Below, one piece after another: positions 1 to 8,293 of a stretch of DNA of 64,000 nt. Made by a program: the position numbers and the translations under genes. This DNA comes from an uncultured delta proteobacterium (GTDB lineage: Bacteria > Myxococcota_A > Polyangia > Polyangiales > Polyangiaceae): assembly GCA_963806225.1 (NCBI GenBank), contig CAWDXG010000004.1, forward strand, positions 4,512,001-4,576,000. The letters run 5' to 3'. Numbering within the stretch: position 1 is the stretch's first letter; every line of letters starts with the position of its first letter. The notes beneath the pieces were generated by a model. That model ran no database searches. It saw nothing but the letters and a program-made list of their open reading frames with translations, and was not told where the DNA came from.

Positions 1-114
1 GAGCGCGCCGCGCTGCACGCCCACTTCGCCGGGGCCAACGCGCAGGCCGCGCCGGTCGTGACCGCAGAGCCCACGGCCGTGAAACGCGCGGTGAAGAAGG
101 GAGGGGGCTGCTAG
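1..114 (+). CDS. 3' end of an upstream CDS (partial, function unknown)
   Basis: Frame 1 is open from base 1 to TAG at 112-114 and reads ERAALHAHFAGANAQAAPVVTAEPTAVKRAVKKGGGC*, with GC-rich third positions. Confidence 0.55.
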   Translation, partial: ERAALHAHFAGANAQAAPVVTAEPTAVKRAVKKGGGC

Positions 115-142
115 GCGCCCGTGGTGTCACTACACTCCCCGC

Positions 143-961
143 ATGGCTTCGACCGGTAACCTGGACGGAACGTGCATCGCGCTGACGGGCGCGACTGATG
201 GCATCGGGCTCGAGACGGCGGAGCTGCTCTCGCGCGAGGGCGCCCGGCTTGTTCTGCACGGACGCCGCGATCAGCGACTTCGCGAAGTGGCGGCCAGCGT
301 CGGCGCCGTCGGCATGCTGCTGGCAGACTTCTCGTCGCTCGCGGAAGTGCGTAGGCTCGTTGACCGCCTGGAAAAAGAGCGGGTCGACGTGCTGGTGAAC
401 AACGCGGGCGCGGGTCCGGGGTCGGCTGACGAGCGCGAGCTCAGCCGCGACGGCCACGAGCTCAGGCTCCAGGTGAACTTCCTGGCACCGTTCGCGCTGA
501 CGGAGTGGCTGATCGCAGCAGGTAGCTGCCCTCCGGTGGTCGTCAACGTCGCGTCCATCGGCCAGGAGCCCGTCGATCTAGAAGACCTGATGCTCGAGCG
601 CCAATACGGTGGCTGGCTGGCGTACCGGCGCAGCAAGCTGGCGCTCATCGCCTGGTCCTTCGATCTGGCCGAGCGGCATGCGGACCTGTGCGTGAACGCC
701 CTGCACCCAGGCACGCTGCTCGACACCAAGATGGTGCGCGAGTCGGACATGCCGGTGCGTGGCCGGCCCCAGACCGGCGCGCGTGCAATCCGCCACGTGG
801 TGCTCGAAGGGCTCGCAGGAAAGAGCGGCGGGTACTACGACGTGCAGGAATTGTCGCGCGCCAAGCCGCAGGCCTACGACCACGACTTCCGGGCTCGGCT
901 CCGGCGGCGGGCGATCGAGCTCGTGCAGCCGCTGTCGCGAGGGCTCGTCATCCCGGCATGA
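143..961 (+). CDS. Short-chain dehydrogenase/reductase (retinol-dehydrogenase-like SDR)
   Basis: TGATDGIG Rossmann motif, NNAG, YRRSK (YxxxK), HPG. Confidence 0.92.
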   Translation: MASTGNLDGTCIALTGATDGIGLETAELLSREGARLVLHGRRDQRLREVAASVGAVGMLLADFSSLAEVRRLVDRLEKERVDVLVNNAGAGPGSADERELSRDGHELRLQVNFLAPFALTEWLIAAGSCPPVVVNVASIGQEPVDLEDLMLERQYGGWLAYRRSKLALIAWSFDLAERHADLCVNALHPGTLLDTKMVRESDMPVRGRPQTGARAIRHVVLEGLAGKSGGYYDVQELSRAKPQAYDHDFRARLRRRAIELVQPLSRGLVIPA

Positions 962-2163
962 GCGCTACGCGCGAGATAGGCCAGGCCTACACCTCGGTCG
1001 CCGAGCTCGGCGCGCTCACGCTGGCTCGGCGCGCGGAAATGCTGAGTGTGTTCAGCGGCGACGACCGGGTGCACCTCGATCTGGAAGGACGGTTGCACCG
1101 CGCCTGGCTCGCAGGCGATTCCTTCCAGCGCGGCATCGACGGAAGCGTGCGCCGCGTGCACGTCGAGCGCGGCCCCGGCGCGCCGCGCTGGCTCGACATC
1201 GACGTGCTCGGTCCGGACGAGGCCGAGCCGGTCCTCGAGCAGGTGATAGACGCGGTGCGCGAAGCCGCCGCGCTCGCTGCCGATCGCGATCTGCCGCCCG
1301 CCATCGCCGAGCCGCTCGAGCGTGCCGCGGCGTGGGAGCTCGCACGCTACCGCGACGAGCTGGCGCACTTCCGCCGCGTGTACCGCCCCATCCCGATCCT
1401 GCCGCCGGACCAGAACCGCGCCGTCGTCGTGCAGCTCACCGAGGGCTGTTCGTACAACCGCTGCGCGTTCTGTCACCTGTATCACGACGTGCGCTTCCGT
1501 CTGCGCACACCGGAGGAGCTAGGCGCACATGTGCGCGAGGTCCGCGAGCTGTTCGGTCGCGCGCTTCTGCTTCGGCGCGGCGTGTTCCTGGGACAGGCGA
1601 ACGCCCTAGTGGTCGAGCAGAAAAAGCTGACTGCGCTCATCCGTATTGTGCGGGAAGAGCTGGGCGAGGGACCGCTGGGCGCCTTCATCGACTCGTTCAC
1701 GCGGCCGAAGACGGCGGACGAGCTCGCAGAGCTGGGCGCGCTCGGTCTCGAGAGCGTTGCCCTGGGGCTCGAGAGCGGCAGCGCGGAAGTGCTCACGGGG
1801 CTCGGCAAGCCGATGGAAGTGGACGACGCGGTGAAGCTGGTCGGCAGCGTCGGCCAGGCGGGTATCCGCCGCGGCGTGATCGTGCTGGTTGGAGCGGGAG
1901 GACGGCGCCTCGCGGGCGAGCACGTCGAGCGCACAACGGCGACGATCGAAGCGATGCAGCTCGGTCCGCGCGATCGCGTGTATCTATCCCCGCTGCACGT
2001 GATCCCCGGCTCCGCCTACGAAGCGCGCCTGCGCGACGACGCCCTGGAACCGCTCTCGTCGGCGGAGCTTGCCGAACAAGGGCACGTGCTGCGCGCCCGC
2101 CTACGCAACTGCGGTGTCAGCGCGCCCATCGCCCTGTACGATATCCGCCGCTTCATCTACTGA
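958..2163 (+). CDS. Radical SAM protein
   Basis: GCSYNRCAFC (CxxxCxxC) and LGLESG motifs. ATG 958 overlaps the SDR stop (ATGA); the ORF-track extension to 688 is spurious. Confidence 0.88.
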   Translation: MSATREIGQAYTSVAELGALTLARRAEMLSVFSGDDRVHLDLEGRLHRAWLAGDSFQRGIDGSVRRVHVERGPGAPRWLDIDVLGPDEAEPVLEQVIDAVREAAALAADRDLPPAIAEPLERAAAWELARYRDELAHFRRVYRPIPILPPDQNRAVVVQLTEGCSYNRCAFCHLYHDVRFRLRTPEELGAHVREVRELFGRALLLRRGVFLGQANALVVEQKKLTALIRIVREELGEGPLGAFIDSFTRPKTADELAELGALGLESVALGLESGSAEVLTGLGKPMEVDDAVKLVGSVGQAGIRRGVIVLVGAGGRRLAGEHVERTTATIEAMQLGPRDRVYLSPLHVIPGSAYEARLRDDALEPLSSAELAEQGHVLRARLRNCGVSAPIALYDIRRFIY

Positions 2164-2214
2164 GCCAGGACTCCCTCCTTCCCAAGCAGGTCGGAGAGGT
2201 GAGAGCATGAGGCC

Positions 2215-3921
2215 ATGCGACGCTTGGCTAGTCTCGGGTTCCTGATGCTGGTTCCGGCCTGCAGCGGCGGCTACCACGGTCAGGCCGCGGGGGCGGGTGA
2301 AGAGATTGGAATGACCGAGCAGGCCGTGCACACGAAGTGTGGGGCGGCCTCGAACGGGCCGGTGCAGGGCGTGGACGTCTCGTACTACCAGGGCAACTTC
2401 AACTGGGCCGGGGCGGGGGTCCAGTTCGGCTATGCGCGCGTGAGCGATGGCACCGGGTTCATGGACCCGCAGTTCTCGAACAACTGGAGCAAGATGAAGG
2501 CGGCCGGCGTGCTGCGCGGCGTCTACCAGTTCTTCGAGCCAGGGCAGGGTGCGGTGGCCCAGGCGAATATCGTGGTGAACGCCGTCGGGAAGCTCGGCAC
2601 GGGCGACCTGCCGGCGATGATCGACGTGGAAACGACGGGTGGACAGAGCGCTGCGACCATCACGTCGAAGATGCAGCAGTGGCTGGATGCTGTCGAACAG
2701 GGAACCGGCAAGCGCCCCATCATCTACACGGGTCCGTACTTCTGGCAGAGCAACGTGAACAGCAGCGCGTTCGCCAACTATCCGCTCTGGATCGCGCACT
2801 ACGGCGTCAGCTGCCCGCTGATCCCGGACAACTGGTCGAACTGGACGGCGTGGCAGTACAGCGACGGCGGCGGAACGCTCGACCACGACGTGTTCAACGG
2901 CACGCTGGCCCAGCTCCGGAATCTCGGTGTGACCAACCAGCCGCCGCGCGGCTACCTCGACTCGGCGGACTGCAACGCGATCGCCGGCTGGGCGCAGGAT
3001 CAAGACGAGCCGACCAAATCGATCGCGGTGCACGTGTATCTGAACGGGGCCGCCGGCGATCCGAACGCCCTCGGCATTCCGCTCACCGCCGATGTCAATC
3101 GCGCGGATCTGTGCAGCGCGATCGGCTCGTGCAACCATGGTTTCTCGCTCTCGACGCCGCGCGGGCTGCTCGACAACCAGCCGCACGCCGTCCACGCCTA
3201 CGGCATCGATTCGGCCGGCGGCGCCAATGCGGAGCTGTCGAAGAGCCCGCTCACCTTCACCTGTCCGCCGCCCGCGGCGCCGCTCGACCCCGCGCACGGC
3301 GTGAAGCGCTGGGTCACCGGGCCGAGCGTGTTCAGCGCCTGGAAGTTCTCGTACACGTACAACGTCGCGCACTATCCGGACAGCGTGGTGAACGCGTACC
3401 CGGACGGGCCGGACTTTCCCGCGGCGCCCCAGGTCGTGCAGGCCGACGACGGGACGCCGGAGGTGTGGGTGATCGACGGCAACGTGCGGCGGCACGTGAT
3501 CAATCCGGCGTCGCTGGCGGCCTGGCGCTTCGGCGCACCGACGAAGATGCCCGCCGCGCAGGTGTATGCCCATCCGCAATCGACGGACTTCCGTCCGGAG
3601 CCTTTCCTGGTGATGGGCAGCGGGCCGAAGGTGTACGTGCTGGATGATTCGCTGTCGTCCGGTGGTGCGGCGGGAGCGGGCGGCGCGGCGGGGGCGAGCA
3701 GCTCGGGCGGCGCGGGCGGCCAGATTGGAACGGGCGGCGTCGCTGCCGGCGGTACGGGCGGAGCATCCGTCGACGGCGGGACCTCCGAACGGTCGCACAC
3801 GACGGGCGACAGCGGCGGTTGCGGATGCCGGCAGAGCGGCGCGCCGGCGCGGAGGGCTCCGCTGTGGCTGGGCGCGGCGGTGCTGGGCTTCGCATTTTCG
3901 CGGCGGCGACGCTCGGCCTAG
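2215..3921 (+). CDS. GH25 muramidase (lysozyme) lipoprotein with accessory domains and MYXO-CTERM-like anchor
   Basis: Lipobox LVPAC; GVDVSYYQG, IDVE (DxE), LWIAHY, WQY and LDHD GH25 motifs; Gly-rich linker; C-terminal GGCGC + hydrophobic segment + RRRR. Confidence 0.88.
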   Translation: MRRLASLGFLMLVPACSGGYHGQAAGAGEEIGMTEQAVHTKCGAASNGPVQGVDVSYYQGNFNWAGAGVQFGYARVSDGTGFMDPQFSNNWSKMKAAGVLRGVYQFFEPGQGAVAQANIVVNAVGKLGTGDLPAMIDVETTGGQSAATITSKMQQWLDAVEQGTGKRPIIYTGPYFWQSNVNSSAFANYPLWIAHYGVSCPLIPDNWSNWTAWQYSDGGGTLDHDVFNGTLAQLRNLGVTNQPPRGYLDSADCNAIAGWAQDQDEPTKSIAVHVYLNGAAGDPNALGIPLTADVNRADLCSAIGSCNHGFSLSTPRGLLDNQPHAVHAYGIDSAGGANAELSKSPLTFTCPPPAAPLDPAHGVKRWVTGPSVFSAWKFSYTYNVAHYPDSVVNAYPDGPDFPAAPQVVQADDGTPEVWVIDGNVRRHVINPASLAAWRFGAPTKMPAAQVYAHPQSTDFRPEPFLVMGSGPKVYVLDDSLSSGGAAGAGGAAGASSSGGAGGQIGTGGVAAGGTGGASVDGGTSERSHTTGDSGGCGCRQSGAPARRAPLWLGAAVLGFAFSRRRRSA

Positions 3922-4961
3922 GCAGGGCGGGCCACCGAGAAACCCACGCGAGCGCCGCCGCCGTCGCGGTTTTCCGCCCAGGCGCGCCCGCCGTGCGCTT
4001 CGGCGATGCGCCGCACTAGCGACAGCCCGAGCCCCAGTGACGATGCGCCGCCCCGCTCGCCGCGCACGAACGACTCGAACACGCGCGGCAGGTCCGCGTC
4101 GCTGAAACCGGGTCCCGCGTCCTCCACCTCGAAGGCGAGCTCCGCCTGTTCGTTCCGGACGCGGAGCGCGCGGGCTCCGCCCGCGTGCTTGCGCGCGTTG
4201 TCGAGCAGATTGCCGAGAGCGCGCGCGAGCAGCGTCGGATCGGCTTCGACGGGTAGCGGCCGGGCCGGCGCGTCGAGCAGCCTGTCGTCGATCCCTGCGC
4301 GCTCCAGGGCGCGCCGCGCCACGTCGCGGGCGTCGAGCGAGCGCGTCTCGATCGCCGAGAAGTCCAGACGGGCACTGGCCAGAAGCTCGCCCACCAGCGA
4401 GTCCACCACGAGCAGCTCCTGCTCCATTTCGCGGAGCATGCGCGCGTCGACGCCGCGCTCGTTGCCGAGCTCCAGCAGCACACGAAGCCGGGTTAGCGGC
4501 GAGCGGATCTCGTGCGACACGCCCGCAAGCAGCTCGCGCTGATCGGCCATCTGCTGCTCGATGCGGTCGGCCATGTCGTTGATGGCGTCGGCCAGTACCC
4601 CGACCTCGCCGTGCCGGTGTCGGCCCAGTTGCACGCGGCTGTCCAGCTTGCCGGAGCCGATGTCCTGTGCGACTCCCACGACCTGCCTCAAGGGCCACAC
4701 CAGCCGCCGCGCGATGACGCCTGAAACGGCCCACAGCGCGATCCCGGCCAGAACGACGAACAGCCAGCGCGGGTGATGTTCGGCGTGCGACAGCGTCAGC
4801 AGGGCGGCGACGCTGAGGCCCGCCAGCAGGATCGCCACGCCGAACCACACGAAGATCATCCGCTGCAGATGACCGCGCATGCGCCAGTACGCGCGGCGTG
4901 TGCGCCAGTCGCCGCGGTGCGGTCCGCAGCGGTCGTCGTGGCCGTCCGCCGCGTGCTTCAT
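3918..4961 (-). CDS. HAMP-domain sensor histidine kinase
   Basis: Two TM segments, HAMP, H-box VSHEIRSPL, N-box NLLDNA, DAGPG, GLGLGL. Confidence 0.93.
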   Translation of the reverse strand: MKHAADGHDDRCGPHRGDWRTRRAYWRMRGHLQRMIFVWFGVAILLAGLSVAALLTLSHAEHHPRWLFVVLAGIALWAVSGVIARRLVWPLRQVVGVAQDIGSGKLDSRVQLGRHRHGEVGVLADAINDMADRIEQQMADQRELLAGVSHEIRSPLTRLRVLLELGNERGVDARMLREMEQELLVVDSLVGELLASARLDFSAIETRSLDARDVARRALERAGIDDRLLDAPARPLPVEADPTLLARALGNLLDNARKHAGGARALRVRNEQAELAFEVEDAGPGFSDADLPRVFESFVRGERGGASSLGLGLSLVRRIAEAHGGRAWAENRDGGGARVGFSVARPA

Positions 4962-5647
4962 GTCGCGGGCTCCCGCGAAAAGACATAGCCGACGCCGCGC
5001 ACCGTTCGGATTCGGGACGGCGCGCGCGAGTCGTCGCCGAGCTTCTTCCTCAGCCGCGAGATGTGCACGTCGACAGTGCGATCGTTCACCGTGACGTCGC
5101 TGCGGCCCGCCTCGGCGAGCAGCGCGCTGCGCGGAATGACCCGGCCAGCGCGGCGCACCAGTGCGAGCAGAATGTCGAACTCGAGGCCCGTGAGCTCCAC
5201 GGGCGCTCCGTCGATCTCGGCGGTGCGCGAGGCGACATCGAGAGTGACCCCGCCGGCGCCGACCCGTTCGCTGCCCGGGTCGGGGTGCGCGCGGCGCAGC
5301 ACGGCGCGCAGCCGCGCCAGGAGCTCGCGCGGGCTGAAGGGCTTGGCCACGTAGTCGTCGGCGCCGAGCTCCAGGCCGACGACGCGATCCGCCTCGTCGC
5401 CGCGCGCGGTGAGCATGATGACCGGCAGCGCGCTCCTATCGCGGATACGCCGGAGCACGTCGAGGCCGTCGAGCCCCGGCATCATCACGTCGAGCAGCAC
5501 CGCGTCGAACGGGCTCTCGCCGAGCAGCCTCAGGCCGTCCTGCCCGCTCGGCGCGTGGGTCAGCTCGACGCCGCTGCTCGCGAGGTAGTCCGCCAGAAGC
5601 TCGAACAGCTTCCGGTCGTCGTCGATGGCCAGCACCTTGAGCAACAT
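4958..5647 (-). CDS. OmpR/CpxR-family response regulator
   Basis: DDD, LLDVMMP and KPF receiver motifs; winged helix RTVDVHISRLRKK and RGVGY. Overlaps the kinase start (ATGA). Alternative start at 5656. Confidence 0.93.
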   Translation of the reverse strand: MLLKVLAIDDDRKLFELLADYLASSGVELTHAPSGQDGLRLLGESPFDAVLLDVMMPGLDGLDVLRRIRDRSALPVIMLTARGDEADRVVGLELGADDYVAKPFSPRELLARLRAVLRRAHPDPGSERVGAGGVTLDVASRTAEIDGAPVELTGLEFDILLALVRRAGRVIPRSALLAEAGRSDVTVNDRTVDVHISRLRKKLGDDSRAPSRIRTVRGVGYVFSREPAT

Positions 5648-5709
5648 GGGGCACATGGAACATGGGGCGCCGCTCCCCCGGCGGCAATCGTCGCCGGGGG
5701 AGCGGCCGC

Positions 5710-5862
5710 TCAGTGCTTCTTTGCCGGCGGTGCTGACTTGTCGGCGCAGGCGTGCCAGCGGGCGTGGTGTGCGTGCGCGTGCCAGCAGAGGTGGGCGAAG
5801 CCCGAGCCGAAGCCGACCAGCGTGCCCACCGACAGGAGCGCGATCAGCAGCCTGCGTCTCAT
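5710..5862 (-). CDS. Small (50 aa) His-rich membrane/exported protein, not in the ORF track
   Basis: My translation: MRRRLLIALLSVGTLVGFGSGFAHLCWHAHAHHARWHACADKSAPPAKKH*. Its ATG overlaps the upstream stop (ATGA at 5859-5862). Confidence 0.75.
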   Translation of the reverse strand: MRRRLLIALLSVGTLVGFGSGFAHLCWHAHAHHARWHACADKSAPPAKKH

Positions 5863-6434
5863 GACTCGTCTCCTGGCTCTTCGGGCGTGCGGTAGGGACC
5901 GCCCCAGCGGCGGCGGCGCGATTCGATGAACTGGGCGACCTCGGCGCGCTGGCGCTCGTCGAGCGCGTCGTGGATCTCCTTCAGAGCCTCGGTGGCCGTG
6001 CTGCGGAAGGCCGCGAGCGCGGCGTCGTGCTCGGCGAACAGGGCGTCGAGCGCCGTGTCGTCGAGCGTGTCCGCACGCACGGACTCAGCCAGGCCGCCGA
6101 GTGAATCGTAAAGCTCGCTCCGGAATGCGCGCAAAGCCTCCGCGACGCGATCCACCGCGCGCCCGATGACCTTCTCCTGCCCCGGGGTGGTGTCGAGCTC
6201 CTCGAACAACCGGCGCAGGAAGAAGCGCCGCCGCGCGCGGAACCCGCCGCGTGCCCACGGAGGCGGTCCGTGATGGTGGCCTTGGTGGCGTCCCCACGAG
6301 CGTCCTCCACCGCAGGCTTCCCTGTGGCCGCCGCATCCGTGGCCGGCGTAGGCGTAGCCTCCGCAGCGGTGATGACCGCGGAGCATGTACAGGAGCCCAG
6401 CCAGGCTGGCCCCTCCGAGTAGAAAACCGAACAT
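5859..6434 (-). CDS. Spy/CpxP/ZraP-like helical protein with His/Gly-rich N-region
   Basis: Starts MFGFLLGG after SD AAGGAG; N-terminal hydrophobic anchor; LTxxQ-like motifs LDTTPGQ and LDERQR; lies upstream of the two-component pair. Confidence 0.7.
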   Translation of the reverse strand: MFGFLLGGASLAGLLYMLRGHHRCGGYAYAGHGCGGHREACGGGRSWGRHQGHHHGPPPWARGGFRARRRFFLRRLFEELDTTPGQEKVIGRAVDRVAEALRAFRSELYDSLGGLAESVRADTLDDTALDALFAEHDAALAAFRSTATEALKEIHDALDERQRAEVAQFIESRRRRWGGPYRTPEEPGDES

Positions 6435-6440
6435 TTTGCG

Positions 6441-6461
6441 TTCTCCTTTCATGAAGGAGAA
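6441..6461 (-). promoter_or_regulatory. Hairpin pairing the Shine-Dalgarno with an anti-SD
   Basis: TTCTCCTT-N5-AAGGAGAA is a perfect 8-bp stem whose 3' arm (on the minus strand) is the SD of the 6434 gene. Confidence 0.45.
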
Positions 6462-6475
6462 GCTGGGTCCCGGTT

Positions 6476-6512
6476 GTGAAGGGCGTTTCCGGAGATTGTG
6501 AAGAAGTGTGAA
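6476..6512. promoter_or_regulatory. Tandem direct repeats resembling an OmpR/CpxR-family box
   Basis: GTGAA-N5-GTGAA at 6498-6512 plus a third GTGAA at 6476-6480; same geometry as the CpxR box GTAAA-N5-GTAAA. Confidence 0.5.
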
Positions 6513-6729
6513 GCGGCGCTTGTCATCGCCGCGCCTGGGCGAGGCGCCCCGCGCGTGACGGCGCGCAGTGTTCACGACATTGGGGTGGTTTGTGATCCCT
6601 GCTCGCACCCGGGCCGTGAAGAGCGATGCTGCCGCTTCGTAGTGGAGCCGGGGAGCGCGGAGGGCCCACACGTAGACCCGCGGCGACCCCCGCATGGACA
6701 CCGCGTCTCGTTCTTGGGATGCTACGGAG

Positions 6730-8175
6730 ATGAGCTCCACATGGGTATGGTCGCGGCGGATGATCGCGGGCGCGATCGTCGCTGTGGCTGCCGGTGGCGC
6801 CTGTGGCGGCAACAGCGCCTCGACGCCGCCGAAGACGAACACGTGCGTTCCGCACACCTGCTCGGACCTAGGCGCGACGTGCGGCTCGGCACCCGACGGC
6901 TGCACCAGCGTGGTCTATTGTGGCGAATGCGGTTCGGGCCAGACCTGCGGCGGCGGCGGCAAGAACCTGTGCGGCACCGGCACGTGTACGCCCACGACCT
7001 GCGCCGATGTGGGCGCCTCGTGCGGTTTCGTGTCGGACGGCTGCAGCAAGGCGCTCGACTGTGGCGTCTGCACGCTGCCCCAGGTGTGCGGCGCCAACGG
7101 ACACGCGAACACGTGCGGCGTGCCGACGAAGGGCGGCACGGGCGGCAGCGGCGGAACGGGCGCGACGGGAAGCGGCGGCAGTGGCAATACCGGCAACTCG
7201 GGCGGAACCGGCAACACCGGCAACTCGGGCGGAACAGGCAACACCGGCAACTCGGGCGGAACAGGCAACACCGGCAACTCGGGCGGAACAGGCAATACCG
7301 GCAACTCGGGCGGAACCGGCAATACCGGCAACTCGGGCGGAACCGGCGGCACCGGCAACTCGGGTGGAACCGGCGGCACCGGCAACTCGGGTGGAACCGG
7401 CGGCACCGGCGGGTCGAGCTCCCAGTGCGGCGGTCTCAACCAGAAGCCGTGCTCGGGCGATAGCTGCAACGCGCCCTATGCCAAGTGCGGCCCGTACTGC
7501 ACGCCGCGCTCCGCCTGCTGCACGTCGCTGTCCTCCTGCAAAGGCACACAGCATTGCGGCGCGCACGGCGAGTGGCAATGCACGGGCGACTCCGATCCCT
7601 GCGTCTCGGGGCTGGAGGCCTGCACCACGAACGCGCTCGCCGCGGGCATGTGCTGGATCAACTGCCCGGCAGGCGAGTGCGGCAGTTTCGGGGAAGCACC
7701 GTGCTCCGGCGACCACTGCAACCAGGGCTTCGCGAAATGCGGCAGCATCTGCACGTCGCGCGACAGCTGCTGCACCCGGCGTTCGCAATGCACGAACGGG
7801 CAGCACTGCGGCGGGCACGGCGAGTGGCAGTGCACGGGTGACATCAATCCCTGCGCGCTCACCCTCGAAGGTTGTACGACCAACGCCGCCGCCGCGGGCA
7901 TGTGCTGGCTCAACTGTCCGGCGGGCGAATGCGGCGGCTTCAACGAAGCGCCGTGCTCCAGTGTCGTGTGCAGCGATCCCTTCGGACGCTGCGGCACGAA
8001 GTGCGTGCCCAAGGCCGACTGCTGCACATCGCGCGCCAGTTGCCCGACGGGACAGGAATGCGGCGGGCACGGCGAGTGGCAGTGCAAGGGCGACACCAAC
8101 CTGTGCGACAGCGGCTACACGGCGTGCACGACGGGAGCACAGACGGCCGGTCTGTGCTGGATCAGCTGCGGGTAG
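6730..8175 (+). CDS. Cys-rich repeat lipoprotein
   Basis: Signal ending GGAC; two ~45-aa Cys repeats, a GNTGNSGGT linker and three 84-aa Cys repeats. Start uncertain (6694, 6730 or 6760). Confidence 0.8.
   Translation: MSSTWVWSRRMIAGAIVAVAAGGACGGNSASTPPKTNTCVPHTCSDLGATCGSAPDGCTSVVYCGECGSGQTCGGGGKNLCGTGTCTPTTCADVGASCGFVSDGCSKALDCGVCTLPQVCGANGHANTCGVPTKGGTGGSGGTGATGSGGSGNTGNSGGTGNTGNSGGTGNTGNSGGTGNTGNSGGTGNTGNSGGTGNTGNSGGTGGTGNSGGTGGTGNSGGTGGTGGSSSQCGGLNQKPCSGDSCNAPYAKCGPYCTPRSACCTSLSSCKGTQHCGAHGEWQCTGDSDPCVSGLEACTTNALAAGMCWINCPAGECGSFGEAPCSGDHCNQGFAKCGSICTSRDSCCTRRSQCTNGQHCGGHGEWQCTGDINPCALTLEGCTTNAAAAGMCWLNCPAGECGGFNEAPCSSVVCSDPFGRCGTKCVPKADCCTSRASCPTGQECGGHGEWQCKGDTNLCDSGYTACTTGAQTAGLCWISCG
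7183..7398 (+). repeat. Coding tandem repeat, 27 bp x 8
   Basis: Unit ggcaa(t/c)accggcaactcgggcggaac(c/a), encoding GNTGNSGGT x6 then GGTGNSGGT x2. Confidence 0.9.
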
Positions 8176-8293
8176 CACTGGCAAAGCGCGATCCACGCTC
8201 TGCGCTCGGCACTCGCGCTTCGCAGCCATGACGCCGCGGGCAGAGAGCGCCCGCTTGTTCGATGTCCAGCCGCGTGCTTGAATCGTTCCCGCG

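Noticed and set aside
2101..4986. Long antisense or alternate-frame ORFs (e.g. 2101-4986, 37527-39965, 49273-52290)
   Set aside because: Arg/Ala/Pro-rich shadow ORFs expected at high GC; they overlap well-supported genes and lack motifs
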